Origin: an uncultured delta proteobacterium
Lineage (GTDB): Bacteria > Myxococcota_A > Polyangia > Polyangiales > Polyangiaceae
DNA: 64,000 nucleotides
Assembly (NCBI GenBank): GCA_963696385.1
Contig: CAVOKF010000001.1
Location: 64,001-128,000 of the forward strand
Direction: 5' to 3'
This document shows, in pieces, positions 12,990 to 22,985 of this stretch. The notes under the pieces were generated by a model. The model did no database searches. It had not been told where the DNA came from and saw nothing but the letters and a program-made list of their open reading frames with translations. A program made the translations under genes and the position numbers. Every line of letters starts with the position of its first letter. Position 1 is the first letter of the stretch.

Positions 12990-15815
12990 CTAGGGCGGCG
13001 GAGTAGGCCTGCGTGTGGCGGCCTCGACACTTCCTCGCATTTTCCCAAAACCGGTTGGCTCTTCGCGAAAAGAACGTCCCACCGATCGCTCGTGCGTTCG
13101 GAGCGCCGCCGCCTGACGCGCGAACCAGCTCTCCGCGCCGAACAGCAAGAACTTCGGGCCATCGCCGGCAATCGTGAATCCCAGGCGCAGGCTGCCGGAG
13201 CTCACCAGCACCATGCCCTCCTTGTCGGCGTCGTGCTTGGCGTACTCGAGTCGAACGAGAGTCCCGCGGCTCCTGGCCACGACCGAACGCAGCTCGAGCG
13301 AGGAGGGCGTCTCCCGGATCTCCCCATCCGCGTGGAGGTCTTCGGTCGGGAAGGCGTCGAGCGCCCATCGCGGCACGGCGGTCACCCGGGCGAGCAGGGC
13401 TTGCACCGGCGAGGCGTTCTCGGCCGTCACATGGACGGTAGCCCGGAAGCGAGTTTCGCCGGCAAGCTGCAGTCCGGCATCGCGGAGCGAGACGCGGGCC
13501 CACCATGCCTCGGTGGACGGTGTTGCGCGGCTCGTGAAGGCCAACGTGCTGCCGGACAGAACGGTCATGTTGGGGTCGACCCCCCGGTTGTCGGCCCGGA
13601 GGGCCACGTCGAGCTCTCCCTGATACGTGTCGGTTCCCACTTGGACGCGAAGATTGCGCGCGACGAGGTCGGTGGTCCCAGCCGCCGAGAGCGAAGACAC
13701 GTCCGCCCGCACGTGCATGGATGCCGAGGCCTCGCCCCGCGTGATCTTGACGGCCTTGGAAAGATTCAACGAACCGGTGAGTGCGGCGATATCCGCGATT
13801 TCGGCGGCGGGTAGGTCGACCGAGATCGTTCCGCTCTTGCCTTGGGGACCCAAAGCGAGGCGAGGCGCGCGGACGAAGACCACGGGCGCGGTCATGAGGC
13901 CGGGTTCTCCACCGGGCGCCATCAAAGATACGTCGCGCAGGATGACCTCTGCGCTCGACAGGTCGACCAATCGAGGGCCCCAGTTCCACCGGGCGGTCGA
14001 AGCACGGGCGGTCAGGCGGCAAGAGACGGCCAGCGGGCCGCCGAGGCGCAGGACCAACCCCTCGGTCGCGATGCGTGCCGTCGCCGAGACCACGCGATCC
14101 CGGAGACGAAGGGACGCTTTTCCGGACACGCGCGCGCGGCCGCCGGCCACCCGGATGCCGCCGGACCACAGAGCGTTGAGGTCGCGCAGGTTCGTGACGG
14201 AGGCCTCCGGCAGATCGAGATCCACGTCGAGGTCCGGTGGCACGCCGCGCTGGATCACAGCGCGTTTCGCGTGCAGGGCAAGCGTTGGGGCTTGCACGCG
14301 GAGACCCCCCACCGAGGCGACCCCATCCGCGAGATCGACGTCACTGTCGGTCAGATCGACCTCACCGTCTCGCAGCGAACCAGATTCGATCCGGATCGTG
14401 GCTTGGACGTTTGCGCCGATTCGATTTGCGCCGCGCGCCACGGACAGGTCGCGAATGGAGAATCCGACCTGGCCGCGCGCGGTGGAGTCGTCCAGACGAC
14501 CTTCGAGGTGGGCCTCTGCGCGGACCGCGCCGGAATCGGCCATCACGCCCGTAGGAAGCAGGGGGCCCAGAAATGCCACAGTGGGCGCATGCGCCCCTTT
14601 CAACTCGACCGCAAAGGAGGCGGCCTCGACGGAAGGGTTCGCCAGATCGACGTCAGGACTCGTCAGCCGGAGCGAGATCGCACGGGCGCCGCCCACATCG
14701 ACGCCGCGCCGGGCGATGGAGAGGCTGGACACCTGGACCGCGAGTTGTGCGACGGGCGGGTCGCCGTCGACGTGCATTTCGGCCGCGACCCCGGCGCGCA
14801 AAGACCTGTTTGCGACAACGACGTGCGCCTCTTCCGACGACATGGTGGCGCGTGAACCCGATCGAAGCACACCGGTTTCGACGCGGAGCCCCAGGTCGAT
14901 CGGACCTTCGCCCTGTTCGACGCGCCACAACGGGCTGGGGCCCCATGCACGGGTCAGCTCTGCCGTGTCTGCGGATCCTTGGACGTCGGTGTTCGCGGAG
15001 ACGTAGCGCAGGATCTTCAGGCCATCGGCCTTCCTCAAGTCAAACGGATGCACGGTCGCCGCGACGCTGCCGTGCAGACCGGCCAAGAGCGGGCTCGTCA
15101 GCCCATAGGAGACGTCGAGCGTCTCGATGTCGATCGCGGCTGGCCCGATTTCGAGCCACCGCAGCGGACGAAAGACCCAGCGTCCGCGCACCCTGAGGTC
15201 GCCTGCGTACCGCAGCGTGTGGACCCAGATTTCGTGCACATGCTGGGCGTCGACGTCATCCAGGCGGACGCTCCAGAGTTTGTACGTGGCGTCTGTGAGC
15301 GGAGGCGTGGGCGGTCCCGTCTCCAAATAGGGCGGATCGGAAAATCCGGGAACGGGGGGCAGTGCGGCCACGACCCGGGGGTCGACCTCCGTCGGTTCGA
15401 GCCTCATCCGGATGCGCATCGAAAGGCCGGAACCTCGGACGTGGGTGGCGTGAAACTGTCGGTGCAGAAGATCCAAGAACTGCACGCGAAAGTCGCAGAC
15501 GTCAATCCTCAGAATCCACTGCACCGCGCCGTCGCTGCCCCGAATGCTCAAGCCGTCCACGTGAATCCTGCCGGGCCAAATCGAATACGCACGGGCGTAC
15601 TCGACCCGGATCTGGTCCGGCGAGAAGTTGATCGCGCTTCGAAACCAGCGCGTTCCGAGGAACCCATTCATCCCGACGAGGTACCCGAGAATCAGACCCG
15701 CACAGACTCCGAGCACGATCCGGAAGACTCTCCCACGGGGCCTTTGCGGGCGCGCATCCTTCGAGGTCTGAGGGCCAGGCCGCCGGTTCGACGGCGTGCA
15801 GTCGTGTAAGTCCAC
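12990..15815 (-). CDS. Large membrane-anchored beta-rich hypothetical protein (possibly AsmA-like)
   Basis: 941-aa ORF, single N-terminal TM helix (IVLGVCAGLILGYLVGM), then alternating amphipathic beta-strands throughout. Confidence 0.7.
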   Translation of the reverse strand: MDLHDCTPSNRRPGPQTSKDARPQRPRGRVFRIVLGVCAGLILGYLVGMNGFLGTRWFRSAINFSPDQIRVEYARAYSIWPGRIHVDGLSIRGSDGAVQWILRIDVCDFRVQFLDLLHRQFHATHVRGSGLSMRIRMRLEPTEVDPRVVAALPPVPGFSDPPYLETGPPTPPLTDATYKLWSVRLDDVDAQHVHEIWVHTLRYAGDLRVRGRWVFRPLRWLEIGPAAIDIETLDVSYGLTSPLLAGLHGSVAATVHPFDLRKADGLKILRYVSANTDVQGSADTAELTRAWGPSPLWRVEQGEGPIDLGLRVETGVLRSGSRATMSSEEAHVVVANRSLRAGVAAEMHVDGDPPVAQLAVQVSSLSIARRGVDVGGARAISLRLTSPDVDLANPSVEAASFAVELKGAHAPTVAFLGPLLPTGVMADSGAVRAEAHLEGRLDDSTARGQVGFSIRDLSVARGANRIGANVQATIRIESGSLRDGEVDLTDSDVDLADGVASVGGLRVQAPTLALHAKRAVIQRGVPPDLDVDLDLPEASVTNLRDLNALWSGGIRVAGGRARVSGKASLRLRDRVVSATARIATEGLVLRLGGPLAVSCRLTARASTARWNWGPRLVDLSSAEVILRDVSLMAPGGEPGLMTAPVVFVRAPRLALGPQGKSGTISVDLPAAEIADIAALTGSLNLSKAVKITRGEASASMHVRADVSSLSAAGTTDLVARNLRVQVGTDTYQGELDVALRADNRGVDPNMTVLSGSTLAFTSRATPSTEAWWARVSLRDAGLQLAGETRFRATVHVTAENASPVQALLARVTAVPRWALDAFPTEDLHADGEIRETPSSLELRSVVARSRGTLVRLEYAKHDADKEGMVLVSSGSLRLGFTIAGDGPKFLLFGAESWFARQAAALRTHERSVGRSFREEPTGFGKMRGSVEAATRRPTPPP

Positions 15816-16017
15816 CTCGTCGGGGGAGCACGAACCGGGCCGCGTTCAGGTCGCCTCACTCGCCGTCCAGTGCGACCGTCTCGGTCCCGCCCGGTGGGCG
15901 CCGCGAGGCAAAGTGCCAACGGCCACCTCGCCGAATGCAAAAGCGAATCGACGAATGGGGCCGACGTTCGTCGATAAGCAACGCCGGAAAGCTGCCCACA
16001 CGTCCGTACGGCCGCGC

Positions 16018-16033
16018 CGGCACGGACCTTGCG
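16018..16033 (+). promoter_or_regulatory. sigma54-type promoter
   Basis: CGGCACGGACCTTGCG, near-consensus; about 300 bp upstream of the DUF4398/OmpA pair. Confidence 0.6.
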
Positions 16034-16336
16034 CTCGTCGCCGTCGACGGAATTGAAAATGCAAATCATGTCTCGTCGCTCATTGGCCGCTTGCCGCAAG
16101 GGTCGATCCATCGCGACGAGCGCGCGTTTGCCGTCCTAACGCGCCTTGCCGACCGATCGAACGTGCGAGACAGAAAGACAGGATTGGACCATGAACTGGA
16201 ATGCAATGACGAAGGCGTGGCTTCGGGCCCGAGCGCTGATGGGATCGAAAGGCAGAGCCGTTTATCGGGCCATATCCGAAGAGTGGCTCGCCAAATTCAG
16301 GCTGAAGGCCCATTACACCAACCGAAGGAGTCCCTC

Positions 16337-16744
16337 ATGATCGCTTCGAACATTTCGCGATCGACGGCGTCGGCATTCGTGGTCGCATCCCTCGTCCTCG
16401 GCTGCGGGGCCGGCATGGCCGCTCCGACGCAGCGTTTGGCGAACGAGCAGTCCGCCGAACGCAGCGCGGTCGAGCTCGGGGCCCCCAATCTGCCGCAAGC
16501 CCAGTTGCATCTGCAGCTCGCCCGCGAGCAGACGGTGGAGGCCAACGGGGCGATTCGGGACGGCAACAACGAAATGGCCGATCGTCTGCTCGCCCGTGCG
16601 ACGTCGGACGCCGAGCTTGCCATCGCTCTGACGCGCGAAGAGAACGCGAAAGTCGCGGCGCAAAAGGCTTCGACTCAATCGAACAATCAACAAATCACCA
16701 ACGCGAATACGAACGCGAATGCGAACCTGGGAGCACAGCCATGA
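16337..16744 (+). CDS. DUF4398-family lipoprotein
   Basis: AAGGAG SD; lipobox VLGC; AQLHLQLAREQ...LARATSDAELAIAL; coupled to the OmpA gene by ATGA. Confidence 0.8.
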   Translation: MIASNISRSTASAFVVASLVLGCGAGMAAPTQRLANEQSAERSAVELGAPNLPQAQLHLQLAREQTVEANGAIRDGNNEMADRLLARATSDAELAIALTREENAKVAAQKASTQSNNQQITNANTNANANLGAQP

Positions 16745-17631
16745 CGACGCTTCGAAATTCGGGTTTCTTACTCGCGATCGCCACGACCGCCGGCTGTGCC
16801 GCGTCGATCCCGCCGCAAGATCTCGTCACGGCGCGCGCGGCCTATGCGCGCGCAAATCACGGTGTTGCGGCGACGTTCGACCCTGCCGACGTGCACGCGG
16901 CCGCCGAATCGCTCGATGCGGCCGAGCAGTCATTTGCCAAAAATGGCGCAAGTCCTCAGACCGTCGACCTCGCCTACGTCGCCGACCGCCGCGCCGAGAT
17001 CGCGGAGGCGCGCGGAGTCGCGCTGCAATCGGCGGCCGAGCAGCAGCAGACCGTCCGCAACATGCACGATGCGCAGACGGCGCAAGTGGCCGTGACCTCG
17101 GCGGAACTCGGTCGCGCGAATGTGAAGATCGCCCTTCAGGGCCAGGCGCTGCAGAATCAAGACCAACAGCTGCAAACCGAGCGTCAACGTCGCGCCGACG
17201 CCGACCAACGAGCGGCCAAAGCGGCCTCCGACCTCGCCGCGTTCGCGTCGGTCAAACAGGAGGCGCGCGGCATGGTGATCACCCTTTCGGGCAGTGTACT
17301 GTTCGCCTCGAATCGGTCGGATCTCCTGCCGAGTGCGCAGGCCAAGCTGAATGACGTCGCCCAGGCGCTCACCAAGCAGGACGCGGAATCGAAAATCATC
17401 GTGGAAGGTCATACCGATTCGCAAGGGGATGCCTCCTACAACCAGGAGCTGTCCCAGCGGCGCGCGCAAACCGTACGCGACTACCTCGTCTCCCAGGGCA
17501 TGGCCGCGGACCGAGTGACATCCCAAGGTTTCGGACTCACACGCCCGATTGCGGACAATTCATCGCCCGAGGGCCGCGCGAACAACCGGCGGGTCGAGAT
17601 CGTCGTGCAGCCTCCACGCCCGGCCCTCTAA
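16741..17631 (+). CDS. OmpA-family peptidoglycan-binding lipoprotein (DUF4398 + OmpA_C)
   Basis: Lipobox TAGC; RGMVITLSGSVLF, VEGHTDSQG, NQELSQRRAQTV, GRANNRRVEI. Confidence 0.93.
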   Translation: MTTLRNSGFLLAIATTAGCAASIPPQDLVTARAAYARANHGVAATFDPADVHAAAESLDAAEQSFAKNGASPQTVDLAYVADRRAEIAEARGVALQSAAEQQQTVRNMHDAQTAQVAVTSAELGRANVKIALQGQALQNQDQQLQTERQRRADADQRAAKAASDLAAFASVKQEARGMVITLSGSVLFASNRSDLLPSAQAKLNDVAQALTKQDAESKIIVEGHTDSQGDASYNQELSQRRAQTVRDYLVSQGMAADRVTSQGFGLTRPIADNSSPEGRANNRRVEIVVQPPRPAL

Positions 17632-17732
17632 CTCCTTCGCTGTTCGTCGTGCCGTCCAGCCGGCGATCGCACTCCTTACTATGCACCCTGTCCTCGGCCC
17701 CGTAACCACACGCTGCCATGCATGCCATGGCA

Positions 17733-17748
17733 CGGCATGCCCGTTGCT
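17733..17748 (+). promoter_or_regulatory. sigma54-type promoter
   Basis: CGGCATGCCCGTTGCT, 12 nt before the ATG at 17761. Confidence 0.6.
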
Positions 17749-17760
17749 ACTTCTCCGGTC

Positions 17761-18159
17761 ATGAGTATCCCGGCGCCGGCTCCCTCTTCGCTGCGCAAGA
17801 GCATCCTCGTCGTCGACGACGACGACGAGATGCGCGCCGCGCTCACGGCTCTTCTGTCCTGCACCTACGGCGTGACGGTCGCGGTCGACGGCATCGACGG
17901 CTGTGAAAAGGCGATCGAGCGGCAGCCGGACCTCATCATTGCGGATGTCCGGATGCCGCGGCTCGACGGCGTCGCCATGATTCGTCGCATCCGCGAGTCG
18001 GAATCGCTGCGCAGCGTGCCGGTCATCTTTCTCACCGGCCAGATGTCGGCGCAACAGGTCACCGAGGGATTGTCCGTAGCCCCGTTTGCGTACCTTCCGA
18101 AGCCGACCGACCCGTGCCTTCTCCAGAAGCGGGTGCAAAGGGCGCTCGGCGGAGACTGA
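17761..18159 (+). CDS. Single-domain response regulator (CheY-like receiver)
   Basis: ILVVDDD, PDLIIADVRMPRLDG, IFLTG, YLPKP. Confidence 0.92.
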   Translation: MSIPAPAPSSLRKSILVVDDDDEMRAALTALLSCTYGVTVAVDGIDGCEKAIERQPDLIIADVRMPRLDGVAMIRRIRESESLRSVPVIFLTGQMSAQQVTEGLSVAPFAYLPKPTDPCLLQKRVQRALGGD

Positions 18160-18216
18160 GTCCACCGGCGGCCGATTCGACCCATCTGCACTCCGCTTCA
18201 GGGATATATTGCGTTT

Positions 18217-19296
18217 ATGCTCCACGACTTTCTAGCTGGAAATAGGGGGGCGATCGTCGCGAGGACCCGTGCAAAGGTCTCCGCGAGGCTTTCGCCACGC
18301 GCGACGGAAGCCGAGCTCGCGAGCGGCATTCCGCTCTTTCTGGACCAGCTCACCGAGACGTTGCGGCTTCTCACACCGCACAGCCAGGCCATAGCCGAGA
18401 GCGCCAGCCTCGCGATGGCCGAGAGCGCCACGAGGCACGGTCGGGAGCTTCTGAGCCGGGGGTTTACCGTAGCCCAGGTCGTTCACGACTACGGCGACCT
18501 CTGCCAAGCCGTCACCGAGCTGGCTGCCGAGTCGAAGGCGGCGATCACGGTCGACGAGTTTCAGGTGTTCAATCGATGCCTCGACGATGCCATCGCCCGG
18601 GCCGTGACGGAATACACGCGCACCCGCGAACAGACGATCACCGACGAGGGCATGGAACGTCTGGGCAATCTCTCGCACGAACTTCGCAATTCGCTCGGCG
18701 CCGCGATGCTGGCGTTTCAGACTCTGAAAAACGGCAGTGTCGGCCTCGGGGGTAGCACGGCCGCCGTTCTCGACCGCAGCCTGCGTCGAGCCTGCGCCGT
18801 CATCGACTCCTCCGTGGCTCAGGTGCGCCTGGAATCGGGAACGCGGGCGGTGGAGCGGGTTTCGATGCGCGACTTCATCGAAGAGATCGAGGTGGGCGCT
18901 TCGATGGAGGCGAGTGCCCGGCATCTGACGCTCACGATCGCGCCCGTTGCGCCAGGGGTCGACGTGGCGGTCGACCGGCAGCTCCTTGCGGGGGCGCTCG
19001 TCAACATCCTTCAAAATGCGTTCAAGTTCACGCGTGCCGAGAGCCAGGTCTTGCTCACGACCTCGGCGACTGCGGAACGCGTCGCGATCGCGGTTTCGGA
19101 CGAGTGCGGAGGATTGCCGCCCGGCAAGGCCGACAGTCTGTTTCGACCGTTCGCGCAGCGAAGCGCGGACCGCAAGGGCCTGGGCCTCGGCCTGTCCATC
19201 AGTCGAAGGAGCGTCGAAGCCATTGGGGGCGCGCTCGGTGTGAAGGATATTCCCGGGACGGGATGTGTCTTCACCATCGACCTGCCCAGAGTCTGA
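18217..19296 (+). CDS. Cytoplasmic sensor histidine kinase with RsbRD_N-like helical N-terminal domain
   Basis: HG...GFTVAQVVHDYGDLCQAVTE; H-box SHELRN; NAFKFT; DECGG; GLGLGL; GCVFTIDLP; no TM helix. Confidence 0.9.
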   Translation: MLHDFLAGNRGAIVARTRAKVSARLSPRATEAELASGIPLFLDQLTETLRLLTPHSQAIAESASLAMAESATRHGRELLSRGFTVAQVVHDYGDLCQAVTELAAESKAAITVDEFQVFNRCLDDAIARAVTEYTRTREQTITDEGMERLGNLSHELRNSLGAAMLAFQTLKNGSVGLGGSTAAVLDRSLRRACAVIDSSVAQVRLESGTRAVERVSMRDFIEEIEVGASMEASARHLTLTIAPVAPGVDVAVDRQLLAGALVNILQNAFKFTRAESQVLLTTSATAERVAIAVSDECGGLPPGKADSLFRPFAQRSADRKGLGLGLSISRRSVEAIGGALGVKDIPGTGCVFTIDLPRV

Positions 19297-19561
19297 TCGA
19301 GAGCCACTTCACGTCGAAGCCCGAGTTCTGGAAGGCGCGCAGCGCTGTGTACGGCCTGAGTACACCGCCCCAGAGCAAGCTTCGGAACTGGCTCAGCCGG
19401 GCAACAGCAGCCACCGCAGCATACTTTTGAACGCGCTGCCGTGGGCGGGGAGCCAGAGCGGCGCGCCTGGCCCCATCCGGGACCGGTCGCGAAATCCTTC
19501 CGCGCGTCGTTGCTCGGCCTTACGCTGACGGTCCCATGCTTTCGGACTGGAGCCGTCCGTC

Positions 19562-19972
19562 ATGACCCTCGCCGACATCATGTCCACCCGCGTGGTGACC
19601 GTCGGTCCCGACCAAGACCTGCTCGCGATTCGCAAGCTCTTCGACTCGCACCGATTCCACCACGTTCTGGTGGTCGAACAGGGGTGCCTCGTCGGGGTCA
19701 TCTCCGATCGCGACGTGCTTCGTGCGGCGAGCCCGTTCGTCGACACGCTCGCCGAGCGGCCTCAAGACGTCGCGACGCTCCGAAGGAAGGCGCACCAGAT
19801 CATGTCGCGCAATCTGGTCGTGGCCCATCGCAACGACTCCGTCAAAGACGCGGCCGCCTCGATGCTGGCCCACGCTGTCTCGTGCCTGCCGGTCGTGACC
19901 CACGACGGCCGCATCGAAGGGATCGTGTCGTGGAAGGACCTGTTGCGCTCGCTTCTCGGAAGGCTGACCTGA
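19562..19972 (+). CDS. CBS-pair domain protein
   Basis: ADIMSTRVVTV, LVGVISDRD, IMSRNLVV, CLPVV...GIVSWKD. Confidence 0.9.
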   Translation: MTLADIMSTRVVTVGPDQDLLAIRKLFDSHRFHHVLVVEQGCLVGVISDRDVLRAASPFVDTLAERPQDVATLRRKAHQIMSRNLVVAHRNDSVKDAAASMLAHAVSCLPVVTHDGRIEGIVSWKDLLRSLLGRLT

Positions 19973-20273
19973 CGAGAGCTTGATCGAAGCCACCGCCGAG
20001 TGGTTCGGTCTTGAATAGGTTCGCTATAGGTGAAATATTGGCGCTATGGTTGAATTCCGCCGTGCCGCCCGTGCCCAACCGACGCGCTCGCTGCCTCATC
20101 CAAACGCGGTCGCGGTACAATTCCAGCGCCGAACGCGAAGGGGCTATTTCGCGCCAGGGTGAGTCGAGGGTGAGACGAACGTGTCGCTTTAGCCGCAGTG
20201 CCGGTCATTGAGCGCGGTAGCCGCGAAGACAGGGTGAGACGAGCGTGTCAGTTAACACCAGGATGTTGATATC

Positions 20274-21191
20274 ATGAAGAATTTTAGGGTTACTTATGCC
20301 GTCCTCTTCGGTGTGGTTGTGGCGGCGTGCGGGGGGAGTGAGAACGAGACCCCGACGCCGACCGAGGACGGCGGGGGCACGAGCTCGAGCTCGAGCGTGA
20401 CCACGGGAGCCAGCAGTTCCTCGGGCACGTCGTCCTCGGGCACGTCGTCCTCGGGCACGTCGTCCGCGACCTCCGCCGCGAGTTCGAGCGGCTCGGGAAC
20501 GTCGACGAGCACTCAGGCTTCTGAGGACGCTGGCGAGGACGCGACCCTGACCTCGAACCCGACCTCCACCGCAACGGGGTCCAATACGAGCACGCCCGAA
20601 GGCACGGGGACGGGGACCGGTACGGCAAGCAACACGGGGTCCGGCACCATGATGGCGACCGGGAGCGAAAGCAGCGTAGCCACCTACACCGAGACGGCCT
20701 TTGGCACCGTGACGCGAACGGACATCGTGACGGTCACCGAGACCGCCGCGGCCACCGGGACCCATACGGGCACAGTCACCGAAACCGCGACAGCCACCGG
20801 GACGCACACGGCCATCGGCACCGTCACCGTCACGGACACGGGTACGGGCACCTACACCCGCACTGAATTTGGAACCGTCACGCGCACCGCGATCGGGACC
20901 GTCACGCATACGGCCGAGGGCACCGGAACCAACACGGCGACCTTCACGGAGATCGGTACGGCCACGGAGACTCGGACGGCCCCCGGCACGGTCACCGGGA
21001 CGGCCATCGATACGGGGACCGGCACGGGCCGCGGCACGATGACGAGAACAGGGTTCGCCACGGACACCGTCACCCGGACGGCTCGCGGCACGGGGACCGA
21101 CACGGGGACGTTCACGCGAACCGGGTTCGGTACCGAGACCATCACCGAGACTGCCTTCGGCTTCGGTACGGGCCCCGTCATGGGACTTTAG
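20274..21191 (+). CDS. Thr/Gly/Ser-rich lipoprotein with long (T-x)n region
   Basis: Signal with lipobox VAAC-GG, Ser/Gly linker, C-terminal ~165 aa of alternating Thr. Confidence 0.75.
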   Translation: MKNFRVTYAVLFGVVVAACGGSENETPTPTEDGGGTSSSSSVTTGASSSSGTSSSGTSSSGTSSATSAASSSGSGTSTSTQASEDAGEDATLTSNPTSTATGSNTSTPEGTGTGTGTASNTGSGTMMATGSESSVATYTETAFGTVTRTDIVTVTETAAATGTHTGTVTETATATGTHTAIGTVTVTDTGTGTYTRTEFGTVTRTAIGTVTHTAEGTGTNTATFTEIGTATETRTAPGTVTGTAIDTGTGTGRGTMTRTGFATDTVTRTARGTGTDTGTFTRTGFGTETITETAFGFGTGPVMGL

Positions 21192-21262
21192 GCGACCGGA
21201 CCGCGACCGCGACCGCGGGGACCTCTAATTCGGCGACCGCGACCTCGACCGCGGGGACACTC
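21191..21262. repeat. (CGACCG/CGACCT)n hexamer repeats in two direct blocks, between convergent genes
   Basis: ggcgaccggaccgcgaccgcgaccgcggggacctc ... ggcgaccgcgacctcgaccgcggggacactc. Confidence 0.7.
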
Positions 21263-21289
21263 GCCGCGAGCGACGTCGGCCCCTTGGCC

Positions 21290-21784
21290 CTAATGAGTCT
21301 GCTTGTGCGGTTCGCGAAGAGCGTCTTGCTGGTCTACGGGAATGCGGACGGTGTCCCGCAGCGCTTGCGCCAACCCGCGCGCATCGACCTGGGTCATCTC
21401 TCGGTCGACTGTCGCCAGAAGGTGGCGCTGCAGTTCCGGCGTGAGCTCGCGCTTCATCAAGCCGAGGAAGTGAGGTGGCGCGACGAGCACCCATCGCCGA
21501 AAGCGCGCCGATCGCATCGCTTGGTCGAGCGTCTGGCCCAACGAGTGGGCGAAGCGGGCGTGCTCGACCTCTTTGGGCGATGACGCGGGTGCGAGGGCGT
21601 TATGGTGCACCGATCGCCCCTCGGAGGATCGGGTCCCCGAGTGATCGCTCACGAGGTCGCTCGCCTTGCTTCGGGATTCTTCGTGAGAGACCTCGCTCAC
21701 CAATTGCCACGACGAATCGGGCCCGCCCACCTCGAAAAACCTGGCTTTCGCCGAATCACAAACCAGAACCCAGACCGTATTCAT
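21290..21784 (-). CDS. Host-attachment family protein (bacterial aeRF1-like, baeRF12)
   Basis: WVLVCDSAKARFF, SDLVSDHSG, LVAPPHFLGLM, VDREMT. Confidence 0.85.
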   Translation of the reverse strand: MNTVWVLVCDSAKARFFEVGGPDSSWQLVSEVSHEESRSKASDLVSDHSGTRSSEGRSVHHNALAPASSPKEVEHARFAHSLGQTLDQAMRSARFRRWVLVAPPHFLGLMKRELTPELQRHLLATVDREMTQVDARGLAQALRDTVRIPVDQQDALREPHKQTH

Positions 21785-22032
21785 GGGCCACCTCTCGTGC
21801 GGGTCGTCGAAGTCCGGTTCGCCCGACCCTAATGATCCGAACTCGGATTCTGAGCTCTGCACCTTATCGCGCACCCTGGGCAATTCGCAAAACGGGATGC
21901 GCCCCCTAGGATCTGCCGCATCGCCGTTTCTTTTCGGCTGGTTTGGTTTCAGCCGTGCCATGAGGCCAAATCCCGACCCGGCTGCCCGGGTCGGCTTCGC
22001 GCGAAGCTCGAAGGACGCTCGTTCGACCTGAC

Positions 22033-22048
22033 CGGCACGGTGATTGCT
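22033..22048 (+). promoter_or_regulatory. sigma54-type promoter
   Basis: CGGCACGGTGATTGCT, near-perfect consensus, 16 nt before ATG 22065. Confidence 0.7.
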
Positions 22049-22064
22049 ATCCCTGTGCGCACCT

Positions 22065-22985
22065 ATGCACGTGAAAAATGGTTTTTCGATCCGCGCGGTA
22101 CGGTGCGGCAGTCTCGGCCTGGTCCTCGGCGCGGGCATCGGTCTCGTCGCGTGCGGCGGCAGTTCGGCCCATGGCGTTCCTGCGACGAGCGCAACGAGCT
22201 CCCCCGTGGACGACGAGACGACGGCCGATTTGACCGAGCACCACCGTTACCACCATCACGGCGGCATCACGCTCTTCATCGCGATGAGCCTCGATACCCT
22301 GGGTGTTTCACCCGAGCAGCAGGCCGCCGTCGAGAGAATTCGCAAGGACCTGCATGCTCGGATGCAACCCGCCCGGGCCGCCGAACAGAACCTCACGGCG
22401 GTGCTGGCCAACGGAATCGCGACGGGCAGCGTGGACACCGTGGCGGCGGACGCCGCCTTGGCGCAGCTGGTCGCCGCCGCGGCCGCCGTGCAGGACGCCT
22501 CCGCGGTTCCGCTGAACGATCTGCATGCCCTGCTCACGCCGCCGGAGCGAGTCGCACTCGTCGACAAGGTACAGGCGCATTGGGCGGTCTGGCAGAAGGC
22601 GAACGCGGATCAGGCCGGGCCGGCGCAGACCGAGGGCGGCTATTTCGACCGGCTCGCGACCGACCTCGGCCTTACGGCCGAGCAGGTGGGAAGGATCCGC
22701 GCGGGCCTCGCCGACGCGTCGAAGGCGGCGCCACCGTTCGACCCTCAAGAAGTCTCGGCGGTTCTGGCTGCGTTCGGCGATGCGTTCCGGAGCGACCACT
22801 TCGACGCCGTCGCGTTTACGACGGCGCGCAGCGCGAACGCCCATATGGTCGGCTCGGCCGCGGCGCACATGGCGCACTTCCTCGAAGCCGTGAGCCCCGT
22901 GTTGACCGCGGAGCAGCGCGCCGATTTCGCGCAAAGACTCCGCGAGCACGCGAGCCACAACCCGAGCGCCGAGGCGACCCCATGA
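22065..22985 (+). CDS. Spy/CpxP (LTXXQ)-like helical lipoprotein, tandem domains, His-rich
   Basis: Lipobox LVAC-GG; HHRYHHHGG; LGVSPEQ, LLTPPER, LGLTAEQ, VLTAEQR motifs. Confidence 0.7.
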   Translation: MHVKNGFSIRAVRCGSLGLVLGAGIGLVACGGSSAHGVPATSATSSPVDDETTADLTEHHRYHHHGGITLFIAMSLDTLGVSPEQQAAVERIRKDLHARMQPARAAEQNLTAVLANGIATGSVDTVAADAALAQLVAAAAAVQDASAVPLNDLHALLTPPERVALVDKVQAHWAVWQKANADQAGPAQTEGGYFDRLATDLGLTAEQVGRIRAGLADASKAAPPFDPQEVSAVLAAFGDAFRSDHFDAVAFTTARSANAHMVGSAAAHMAHFLEAVSPVLTAEQRADFAQRLREHASHNPSAEATP

